Notes under the pieces: generated by a model | The model's input: the letters and a program-made list of their open reading frames with translations, nothing else | Told to the model about the DNA's origin: nothing | The model's database searches: none | Program-made: the position numbers and the translations under genes | Shown here: one piece after another, positions 24,001-34,250 of the stretch | How positions within the stretch are numbered: position 1 is the first letter of the stretch | How the letters are laid out: each line of letters begins with the position of its first letter | Assembly (NCBI GenBank): GCA_032718475.1 | Contig: JAUCBJ010006108.1 | Span: 1-50,177, forward strand | Direction: 5' to 3' | From: Nemertoderma westbladi | Taxonomy: Eukaryota > Animalia > Xenacoelomorpha | Length of the DNA stretch: 50,177 nt

Positions 24001-24106
24001 TGCTGCTTACAGTATACTGAGCAGTCTTACCTTGACTCATGTCCGTAACCATGTCGGCTACTTGTTCGTCGACATAACTATGCGATGACGCAGAGTCTAA
24101 GATAGC
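21071..24106 (-). pseudogene. pol: BEL pol: aspartic protease, reverse transcriptase, RNase H
   Basis: AILDSASSHSY right after the in-frame TAA at 24107; RT YYLPHH, KVRVVND, DVEAMFHQV, FGARDSP, FYVDD; Pao RNase H FSDAS, VPRGELQA, WTDA, NPADIASRG. Confidence 0.95.
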
Positions 24107-25570
24107 TTATATACGCTTGCTCCCTCGGGTTCCGGTAATCTTTATAGGAATCACGCTAAACCCTTTCAATTGGTTCTGTGTGAGGAGCGTTATCGATGGC
24201 TGTTCCTCACCCACATGCACGTAGAAAGTGTCATCTTCCTCCTCGTCCTCGTCCGATGATCCTGACTGATCCATACAGTCTGCATAAAAGGTACGGATCT
24301 CGCGCGGCGCATGCTCCTTGTAAAGCGCGTCGCATCTAGCCGCTTTATCTGGATGCTCTCGTCGAAAGCGTTTGGTCGGAGTATGACTGGTTGTGTGGAG
24401 CAACGCGTCATGGTTACGTCCACACTGAGGACATGTATCGTCGCTCGGGCAATCCTTCCGGACGTGTCCTGGCGTCATACATCTCCAGCAGGAATCTAAC
24501 GATCGAATTTGGAGTCTCCTTTCTTCAATCCCTAACTCCTTAAAAGCGCGACATCCACGAAGTTTATTTCCGCTGTAGTTTCTGCCGTTCCGCTCGCAGT
24601 ACGAGCATCCCACAAAGTCCGCCGGCAACTGTTGTCATGGCTGCGTGGTGCCGATAGGCGTCAGAAGTTTAGAAGTCTCAGTAGGGGTGGCGTAGGTAAC
24701 GGCTTTCGCGTTCGTCGGAAATGGTTTGGTCCGAGTCGGCGCAGAAATAGCTATCCCTTCCGCCGCGATATGGTGATCGGTATAGTTCGATCGAGTCTCG
24801 ATCACGGCCTCCCGTGAAATCAGTTGGTAGACGTCGGTGAGTTTTAATAACCCTCCGGCCTCTTCACGCTGGTACTCGATGCGTCGCCATTCTCGTCGGA
24901 GTCGATGATGAAGTCGACCGATTATCCTGATGAGAACCGTCGGTGCGTTAGCATACTCGAGTTGTCCAATGGACCGTAAAGTCCCTATAGCGTTTTTTAT
25001 TTCGTCTGCGAGTCGTAGAAGGTCGATCAGTTTCGAAATGCTGCCTCCTCTACAGAGGTCTTCGATAATGGATTTAGCCATGGCGACGTTACCTCCGTAA
25101 ATCGAATACAAATGGTCGTACGCCAACTCAAAGGCATCAGGAACACCAATGAAGGTTTCCGCTAATCGTTTCGGCTCACCAGACAGGACTAAGAGCAAGT
25201 AATTAAACTTCTCCGTCAAGGTGAAAGCAAACTTAGCGATCTGGGACTCTACGTAGTCTACCAGTGTGCGCCAGTGTTTCGCATTGCCAGAGAACTTCGG
25301 CGGTTGCTGTGCCGGTAATCCGTGTCTAGCCGCGAATTTCGCAATCTCGCTAACTAAGTCCAACTGTCCGTGTCCCTGTTCGGTGGCGTCGTCCAGTCGT
25401 TCCCTTCCGCGCGTTGTTCGTCGGTAGGAATTATTAACGGGATCTTCTTCTCGATGTGTCGGAGTCTGTCTAGTCTCCTGTTCTCTCCTTGGTGGTCGAT
25501 GTTGTCTAGGTTGTTCCAACTCCACACTGGTTCGTGATCGATCCGACGGTTGCGCTTCGAGTCGTTCTTC
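24107..25570 (-). pseudogene. gag: BEL gag 3' part (capsid-like region and zinc knuckles), in-frame stops at 24635 and 24107
   Basis: PKFSGNAKHW...EKFNYLL..LSGEP...LYSIYG; CWRCMTPGHVRKDC; CPQCGRNHDALLH. Confidence 0.9.
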
Positions 25571-26215
25571 GAGTTTGTTAGCTTATCCAATTCCGCTAAC
25601 ACGAACCCATAAAGTCAACCGTTAGGCAATATTGGGGGCCACGAAATTGGGTAATCAACCAACTCGTGTCACCTCAACAAAATGGGAAGGAGAAACACAA
25701 TGAGGGTCAGGGGCCAAACCCCTAACAGAGAGAGAACAGGTGGAGTGAACGGGAACACTCCAAAGGGCGCCAACAAGGGTATCAACCAATCAGAGGGGGG
25801 AAAGGCATCGATTAGGTAGAGTAACAAGGCCAACCCGTGCAATATAGCCAGTTGGCAGTAATCATTTCACTCAGTTATATCAGTGTTAGTTATTGGTGTT
25901 ACTGTAGTTTACAATAGTTTAGTTAGGGAAGTACCGGGACTTCAATTACCGTATCCCGGCTTCCATGTACAACAACATTATTATTATATCATATCTATAT
26001 CTATATACCCAAGTATTATACACATCGAACAACCGAAACTCTTTTACTCTTCACACACGGCGGGGACGCGTGAACTGACAAACCGGATAAACCGGGATCC
26101 TCCCTGGATCCCGTCACAGTAATTGAAACCTAGCAGCCACCTGACAGTAATTGAATCAGAGCTGCCGCCCTAGTTAAACTCAGTTACCTCAACTAAACAC
26201 CACATCCCAGCGAAG

Positions 26216-26761
26216 ATGAGTCAGTCAAGAAAGACGACACCGCCGCGGACCCCAGACGGCGATCTAACGATTTGCGAGGCCGCGACGAGATGGTATGCAC
26301 CCACAACGCCGAACCCATCGAGAACGGGCCATCCGGCGATCCAAGACGAGGGGGGCCATCTACAGCGAGAGGACGAGACGGGAAGGGAGAAAGATGAGTC
26401 GACGCGGAGCGAGGGTCGACCTACCGATGTCGCCGGCCAGCCACAGGCCGAGGGCGACGGACGACCCACCGGAATGGCGACGGTGGGGCCGCCGGTACGA
26501 CGTCGGGCCCGGAGAGACGGAGGAGAGGTCGGCGATGAGGACGTCGGGGTTTCTGATCGACTTCGACGAGCCTACCTCGCGACCCGGAAGCAACTGAGAG
26601 ATGCCAGAGGAAGGGCGAAGATAGACAAGGTGAAATTGACAAGAGGACTAGGTGAGTCGAGCAGATACTTTGATTACCTAATGCGTTTTGGGCAGAGAGA
26701 ACTAGCCATAGTAGAAGGGCACATAGGGTGCCAGATAGTAGAGTGGTCGTGGGCACCGTAA
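26216..26761 (+). CDS. 181-aa ORF of unknown function in the nested LTR element
   Basis: ATG-initiated, sense to the element, just after the 5' LTR; disordered N-half and basic helical C-half; no domain recognised. Confidence 0.45.
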   Translation: MSQSRKTTPPRTPDGDLTICEAATRWYAPTTPNPSRTGHPAIQDEGGHLQREDETGREKDESTRSEGRPTDVAGQPQAEGDGRPTGMATVGPPVRRRARRDGGEVGDEDVGVSDRLRRAYLATRKQLRDARGRAKIDKVKLTRGLGESSRYFDYLMRFGQRELAIVEGHIGCQIVEWSWAP

Positions 26762-26961
26762 GCGCCACGTAGTTAGAAGAGTCGGTAAGAGTTAGAGAGA
26801 GTTAGTAGAAGTAGAGAGTTAGTAGGAGTTAGTTAGACTTAGTAGAGCTAGTTAGAGTCGGAGAGTTAGTAGAAAGTAAGATAGTCAGATAGTTAGCAAG
26901 TAAGTAGTAGGTAGATAGTATGATAGCACAGGGGTAGCATTAGAAATTAGGGCCTTAAGGG

Positions 26962-27246
26962 GTGACAGAGAGTAGAGAAGTGATAGTGCGGAGTGCGAAG
27001 AGAGCGTGGGCGCAATTAAAGTGTGGGGGAGGAGAAGTGAGAGGAAGAGTGTGGGACGAGGAGGTCCGGGAGTATGCGAGAGTTAGGGTGAGAGTGGTGA
27101 GAGTGCCGGGGAAACAAAAATTGTGTGAGAGAAGCGCACGATCGGCCCGACACGAGACGCCAGAGGGTAGTGACATCATACCCATAGGGAGCAACCTGGA
27201 AAGCCGGCTCCGAAAGAAAATAGACCCACCCCACACCCGATACTAG
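26962..27246 (+). pseudogene. Possible degenerate Gypsy-type RNase H C-terminal remnant
   Basis: VIVRS..AWAQL...RVWDEEVREY..RVVRVPGKQ resembles the pattern F.lrTDH..L.wl....RW...LqeYdf.i.y.pGk.N; catalytic Asp residues absent. Confidence 0.3.
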
Positions 27247-27864
27247 ATCGGGATCCAGCGGAATTGTAGCGCACTTTAGGTGGATGCTATCTTCTCACCG
27301 GGAAGATAGCATGGGGGGGAGTGTTAGCTTATCCAATTCCGCTAACACGAACCCATAAAGTCAACCGTTAGGCAATATTGGGGGCCACGAAATTGGGTAA
27401 TCAACCAACTCGTGTCACCCCAACAAAATGGGAAGGAGAAACACAATGAGGGTCAGGGACCAAACCCCTAACAGAGAGAGAACAGGTGGAGTGAACGGGA
27501 ACACTCCAAAGGGCGCCAACAAGGGTATCAACCAATCAGAGGGGGGAAAGGCATCGATTAGGTAGAGTAACAAGGCCAACCCGTGCAATATAGCCAGTTG
27601 GCAGTAATCATTTCACTCAGTTATATCAGTGTTAGTTATTGGTGTTACTGTAGTTTACAATAGTTTAGTTAGGGAAGTACCGGGACTTCAATTACCGTAT
27701 CCCGCCTTCCTTGTACAACAACATTATTATTATATCATATCTATATCTATATACCCAAGTATTATACACATCGAACAACCGAAACTCTTTTACTCTTCAC
27801 ACACGGCGGGGACGCGTGAACTGACAAACCGGATAAACCGGGATCCTCCCTGGATCCCGTCACA

Positions 27865-30003
27865 GAGTTGAGCTATTCGGTCCGTCATCTCGGTGAACTG
27901 TTTGGCGCTGATCGTTTCCGCTGGTTTCAATGTGGGTTTCTGTTGGGGTGTTTCTCGTGGAGGATTATCGTTATAGGTGTTCGTCGATCGTTCCTCTCGT
28001 TTGTAATCATCCGCCGCTCCAGTACGGAATATTTCCTGTTCCGTCGACTCCGAGTCGCTAGATGAGTCGCTGTCGTCCGGATAAGGTGGTTGGCGGGTTC
28101 GCGTCCGGCGTATTATTCTTGGTCTCGTCCGTTGTGGTCTGGGATCTACGGCTCTCCGTTGTTCGGTAGGCTCGCAAGCCTTCCACGAAGTCGTAGGTCT
28201 CGTTATACGTTGTTTGATCCCGTGGGTACTACCCACATCCATCCTCCTCCGTTGTTCGGTAGGCTCGCAAGCCTTCCACGAAGTCGTAGGTCGCATCGAA
28301 CATTGTGTCAAAGGTCGAGTAAAATAGTCGGGTTTCGTAGTCGGTCTATAAATAACTGGGTTCGCACAGCACGTCACAGGTTTAACTTGTAATGGTTTAC
28401 TCACCTGTTTAATTGTCATAAACGCAGGTTCCTCTCTTCCTACAAGTAGACTACGACTTACTGTAGGTGGACTAGTTATGTTACCTGCTAAAATTGGCGA
28501 TGAAGTCGCCCTAGGTTGCGGTATTTCCTTCACAACAAACCTGTTGCCTTGTGTCGAACGCACAGGCGTTATTTCCTTAGGTTTCGTAACAAAGACCGGT
28601 TTTATCGGAGTCGTGGGTTTGAGCATAGGAATAACTTGGGGAAAACGTTTACAGTAATCCTCGACGAACTCCTCTCCTCGATCTATCGCTCCCATACTTC
28701 CTTCCTCGATTCGCTTCTGAATTCCGCGATATCGAGCTTCCATGCGATCCAGGGCAGACAAGTCGTGTCCAGCTCGCGATCTTATAGATCTATCTCTCGC
28801 GTCGAGTTCAAGGTCCGCTTGCGCGTTCGCTGCCTCGCGCGATCTACGATTCAATTCAAACTGTAGTTGCATCTCCCTTTCGCGTCGATCCGCTACTTGT
28901 TGTTGTGCCGCTAACTCCGCTTCCTGTATAGCCAAACGTGATTTTATTTGCCGTGCCTCCAACTGAGCACGCGCGTCAGATGCCTCTTTCTGTCGTGCTA
29001 AGTCCTCCTCTAATCTTCTCAACTCCGAGGCTTCGACTTCGGCTTGCGCCTTGAGTTGCGCAATTCTCGTCTCGTCTTCTCTACGTTGTTTCTCTCCCTC
29101 GATAGCAATCTGTGCCATCTGGTGTTGCGCTTCTTCCTCGGCGACTTGTTGTCGGCGTGCAACCTCCTGTTGTTGTCGAGTAATTACAGACGCTGTCCTA
29201 CTAACGTCGCCAACGTCGCTCCGCATGCTAACGAACGATCTATCCATTGGTGGAATTTGGTAGGCTCGCGAGCCTTCCGTAGTAAGAACTTCCGTCGTCC
29301 TTTGCGGTTCGACTTCCGGTTCGTCAATCGGTACGCCGCATCTACGAAGAAAATTGGTGAGCGTTTCCAACCTCCCGCCCAGGCAGTAGAGTTCTTCTTC
29401 CTCTTTGGGTTGTAACAACGCGTCCGAAACTGACTCACCTAGCAGTTGGTCGAACTGCTCCTGTTGAGCCAATCTTATCACTGACTTAAACTGGATAAGG
29501 CTTTCTCTCGCACTTACCAACTTATCTATTATCTTTACCTGAGTAAAGTTATCGCCACGCAACTCTGCAAGTTCGTGTAAACCTTTAAGTTTATCTACGG
29601 AGGCATGTACCCTACTTTCTATCCTTACCTGTAAGGTGTAGAACTCGTATCTCGACATCGGGGCGGTTAACTCACGTAAAACGCGAAAACCTTCTCCGAG
29701 GTTCCGAGTAATCTGGGCCATGTGTACTCCTATACTCCTAATAACGTTCTCCTGGCTTCCAGTCGAACTTACCATGTCCGGTTCCTGCGATCTAGTCTGC
29801 GGGACAGTAAGGAAATCTTCGATTCTGCCGTCGCCACGCGTTGCGGCTTCCGGTATTTCCGTTCGGGGTACCGGCAACGCAAGCGGTGTGACATCGGTGG
29901 AATCTCGGGTTCTCCTTCTCGGTTCGTCTACTGTCGATCTGTCCGGGTCGCACGAGTCATAGTCGGTAGGTGGGTATCGAGTCGAATGTGGTGTGTCACT
30001 CAT
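27865..30003 (-). pseudogene. gag: BEL gag 5' part (long coiled-coil and low-complexity N-terminus)
   Basis: ATG at 30003. Removing the nested element and one GAGTT gives ...RIAQL|EERLEAQ... in frame with 25570. Confidence 0.88.
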
Positions 30004-32804
30004 GTCTTATTATATACGTCAAGTACGGGTAATAAAATGTCAAAGTATCTGAATGTTGAAATGTCAAACTTACCTTGGTATATAGGGTATATATATACCG
30101 TAACCGGTACAAATAAATCAACAAAGTCAGAATGTCGAAATGTCAAAATGTCGAAATGTCGAAATGTCAAACTTACCTTGATATATATATATATCATATA
30201 TATACCCTAACCGGTACAAATAAAACTAACAAAGTATATAATAAAATAAGTAATAATCTAGCCTACCGGCTAAATTTGTACGAATAAATGAGATAACGGT
30301 ATACGTTACCAAAATGTAGATCAACAAGTACAAATAATAGGCAAAACAGCAACGTCTAACGGGAAAATAAGTACCAACAACACTACTAATAGACAGTGAA
30401 ACCCACAAATTTTGAGTACTACTGTGTTTTCTTAAGTTTGAATGACGCGAGTCGTAAAACTTACGTTCCTTTGATCTTCCAGTTGTGCAAATTCCCAAAT
30501 ACACACCGGACGTGGGTCGTTCCGTTTTTCGGCGGCGCGGACGAATTTATTGTCTCCCAAACTTTGCGAAAAGCGGTCTAATCCTCGAAGCGGTCCAGAA
30601 ATGAGTCCTTGAGTCCTGAAAGGTCGAAGGTGAGAGTTTTACTTCTACGCTACGAAAATTTCTTCCTAGGTACCGATACAACTTGGTCTTTAAACCCTAT
30701 GTACCTTTTCAAGTACCGAAAAGTAACACCGCACACACACAGCGTAAAACAAAATGCTACAAACTAACTATTAGCTAGTCAAATATTAAATACGAAACTA
30801 GTAGCTACCCTAAAAGCCTACTGAAGCAGGGGACGTTCTACAAATTACTAAATTTACGAACCTTAAATTTTAAATATCTCCTACTTACAATAGCTAACAG
30901 TATGTGAGAGACCTCACGGTTGGATATATATTTCCTACTTTCGTAAGAGAAAATATTTCTCACTGTAAAGTGCGCACGCACTTTACAGAGCGTACATATC
31001 TAAACAATACTATACACTAATTTATATAGTATTTCTCACTGTAAGGTGAGAATACTATACACTACGGTAGAAATACTATACACTAATTTATATAAAATAT
31101 TTCTCACTGTAAGGTCCAGTAGTATACCGCTTACCGGATCCTAGTAACGATGTATCTTACCATAAGATCTAGTAATGTATACGGGCTCGTACAGTATCTG
31201 ATAACAAATCCCAGTCCAGGATATCTAAACAAACAGATACAATACACAAACTACTACTGGCGAGGAGCAGAGCCTAGTGTCTATTCTATGTACGTGAGCG
31301 GGTCTAATGCCTACGAACTAGACAAAAGGATACCTGTCCTCTAACCGGTATGGCAGATGTACAGTTACAGTAACAGACCAAACTCACGGGAAAACAATCC
31401 CCGCGCAGCTAATCCTAACTATCGCTGACAGTCCTAAATACCGTAACTTGCCGCGGTATGATTTATATGGTTTATATACGAGCTAGTGGGTTAACAGACC
31501 TAGCGTAACAACACTGATTCAGTCCTAAATCAGTCGAAAGAGGGTCGTGCCTAATGTAACAATACTGCTGAGCAGAAAACAACAGTTTAATAACGAAAAT
31601 GAAATACTCTCTTTTTGCCGTAACTAAATATCAGATCCTAAATTTACAAATACAGATAAATTCTGCCTAAAAGTAATCTAAAGTATGCTATAACTAGTAG
31701 AACTCTAAGGGTAAATATGTTTTAGGGCGTGTGTGTGTGGGTGTGTTACAATAAAACAATTTTGGTGTATACCTTTTCACTAGGTTTTAGTGATTTTCTG
31801 ACCGAAATGATACCGTGCGCTAGCTACTAAAATAAGCTAGTCGCGTTTTGTAGAACTTTATACTTACAAATGACGTCAAAGCTCTCTCCTTCCTATCCAC
31901 AACTCAATGGGCAACCATGGTGTTAGTAACTACACCCGTGATCGGCACTAATACCAGATTCTGGTTGTAAGATAAGAAATAGGGGTTAATCGCTACCGTA
32001 CGTTAGCTGATCTGGTATACAAATTTGATTCTAGAACTTTGTTGCCGCGGTAGTTAGCAGCAATACCTATCAGTACGTGGCAAGGCGCGGTAGGATATTA
32101 ATAAAACCTCCCTAGGCCAAGCGGTGTGCCGGTAGCAGAAATACTCCTTGCCTGATCAAATAACTAACTTCAGGCAGGGGGGGGGGGGGGGGGGTACTAA
32201 TGTATGTTCTACAAAGCGAACCGGTACCAAACAGTCAGTACTACGTATCACTAAATTATGGAACATATGCTGTCCGTACCTATGTACTCGCGTACTGACG
32301 AACGGCAATAGTTCGCACCTGTGAGAAATACAGGTTAACCCAGGGGTTCGCAGGACTGACAAAGGGGGTTTCTGCCTAAATATAATTATTTGATCCTAAA
32401 TTTTGCGGCGTCCAGGACAGCGTCACGCTTACCCTGATCTATAGGTCTTACGTCGGGCAAGGGCGTCGAACAAAGTCATACCTTCCTCGGAAGTCGGGCG
32501 CTGCATGGCAAGTTGGAGTATTTCGTAGGGCGAAGGGGGTGCGCGGTCAAATCTAATATGGGCGCTAGCGTGTTGTGGACATCTTTCTCCTGCGTTGCTG
32601 ACAGCCTAACGGTCTAGGCTGCCATCTTCCCGATGTTTGGCTGTCCCAAAGTTGGACCAAAAGAAAACATGTTCAGGAGTTTGCAGTGTATTTACAGTTT
32701 AGCAAAGATTTATCAAACAGAATTACAAAATAGTTTCAACAAGAAACAAATAACTAAGAAGTAAGTCAAGCAAAAGTTTGAGACAAGTGAAGTACAATTG
32801 GTTT

Positions 32805-32985
32805 ATAAGAGTGATAACCGAAGGCAAACCAGCCCTTTATATACTAAATCTGGGACATAGAATCCACTAGAATCTTCTAGAGTATTCCATGGCCTCACAT
32901 TGGAGCAATAAGATATTCCATGCCCTATGATTGGCCCAACTCATCGTTCAATACGTTGTACGCACCTCATTGGCTTACCAATCTG
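32805..32985 (-). promoter_or_regulatory. Putative LTR Pol II promoter (CCAAT boxes and TATA)
   Basis: Several CCAAT/ATTGG boxes at ~32900-32985; TATATAAA on the minus strand at ~32836-32843; Inr-like TCACT about 30 nt downstream. Confidence 0.55.
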
Positions 32986-33020
32986 TACCAAATGAAAATA
33001 AATGGCCCCAAAATACAAAT

Positions 33021-33092
33021 TTCCCAACCGGGATTCGAACTCGTAACCTATCTGTAATGTAACCAACGCCTTAACCATCTGACCACTACGCC
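33021..33092 (-). other. tRNA-derived sequence with Pol III A/B boxes inside the 5' LTR (U3)
   Basis: Same as 13545-13616; followed by TTTT about 10 nt downstream. Confidence 0.6.
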
Positions 33093-33237
33093 ACGAGAGT
33101 AACTAGGGGTTTTATGTATACAAATATGAATAGGCATATTACATTACTGTAACTTAATCAAAATTTCTTCGGATTTTCGAAAGTTTTTACGTTACAGTTA
33201 AACTACAAATGCTATCTTATAGTGAAATAATTCATCA

Positions 33238-33783
33238 ACCAATTTCTGAAATTTTTGCTCCACTATAATTTAAAATTAATATCGGCTGTTCTATATTGCT
33301 TAATTCATCCACTGTAGTGGTACTGTATATATCCCAATTCGGAATACCCGGATGATTCTGATCCAATAATTGTTTTAAGCCTAGAATTTGTATTAAATCA
33401 CCACGTAGACTTAATTGTATTTTTTTCAACTTTTTTGGAAATTTAAATTTAGAATTCTAGAATTCGAAATCTTTATATTTCGCTTCAGAATTAAACAGTT
33501 TATTTATATCATCAATAATGACTTGAATAGAGCTATGCATACCTGGAAATAAACTGTATAATTTGGCATCTTTTGCATCTACCCCGATTGACAGCGAGAT
33601 TTGAGTTTGTAGAGTAATATTGCTGTACGTTGCTTGGTATTGAATCTCGGCAAGCCCAATTTTAGCGTTTGGACCAATATATAATTCTTCGGCTAAATCA
33701 ACAGTAAACTCGCTAGGGTTATTATTAGGATATGTGTTTAATGAGCTATCTGAAACTAGAGTGATATATGTATCTATGGCCAT
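33238..33783 (-). pseudogene. Penton paralogue A, 5' half
   Basis: TYITLVSDSSLNTYPNNNPSEFTVDL..LYIG..KIGLAEIQY; one in-frame TAG at 33457; truncated by the BEL LTR. Confidence 0.88.
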
Positions 33784-33792
33784 TATTATTAT

Positions 33793-34218
33793 TTAAGCTC
33801 TCTCTGCTTGACTCCATTGTACATACTGTACTGTATAATGTTAAACTATAGACATCTGTGACCACGTTCATTGTTTCTACAGTATATGCGAGAGATCAAT
33901 ATTTAAAGCGAATGAACTATAGATATTAGACTTACAGCATAGTAATATCATTCAAGTTAATATTGATTAATTATGTCCATATGTGACCATTATTCGCTTA
34001 AGCTCTCTCTACTTGACTCCTTATACATACTGTATAATGTTAAATTATAGACATTTGTCACCACGTTCATTACTGCTTCTACAGTATATGCGAGGGATCA
34101 ATATTTTACTGGCTTTATTTAAAGCTAATGAACTATAGATATTAGACTTACAGTATAGTATAGTAATATCATTCGAGTTAATATTGATTAATTGCGGTCA
34201 TATGTGAGCATTATTCGC
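33793..34218. repeat. Two diverged ~205-220-bp tandem copies between integrase and penton A
   Basis: TTAAGCTCTCTCT...CATTATTCGC at 33793-33997 and 33998-34218. Confidence 0.85.
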
Positions 34219-34250
34219 ACAATGAACTAATATACAGTATAAACCTAAAC

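Larger units (their letters stand above)
25576..27864 (+). mobile_element. Non-autonomous LTR element (TRIM/LARD-like, 2289 bp) nested in BEL gag, opposite orientation
   Basis: 543-bp TG...CA LTRs at 25576-26118 and 27322-27864 (4 differences seen); TSD GAGTT at 25571-25575 and 27865-27869; PPT GGGGGGGAG at 27313-27321; no RT or IN. Confidence 0.95.
14236..29278 (-). repeat. Dispersed 20-nt hairpin/palindrome motif GGTAGGCTCGC(A/G)AGCCTTCC, 12 copies in one orientation
   Basis: Starts at 14236, 14393, 15846, 17392, 18540, 20482 (variant), 23181, 23259, 23337, 28165, 28258 and 29259. Confidence 0.95.
11638..33237 (-). mobile_element. BEL/Pao (Belpaoviridae) LTR retrotransposon, 21.6 kb (~19.3 kb without the nested insert), with accessory ORF
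   Basis: TG...CA LTRs; 5-bp TSD ACCAA at 11633-11637 and 33238-33242; single gag-PR-RT-RH-IN frame with Pao-type motifs. Confidence 0.96.
31108..33237 (-). repeat. 5' LTR of the BEL element (2130 bp)
   Basis: Direct repeat of 11638-13760; lies upstream of gag on the minus strand. Confidence 0.97.

Noticed and set aside
14464-30210. Numerous short plus-strand ORFs antisense to BEL gag, pol and ORF2
   Set aside because: Shadow ORFs of GC-richer coding sequence, mostly with non-ATG starts and no motifs.
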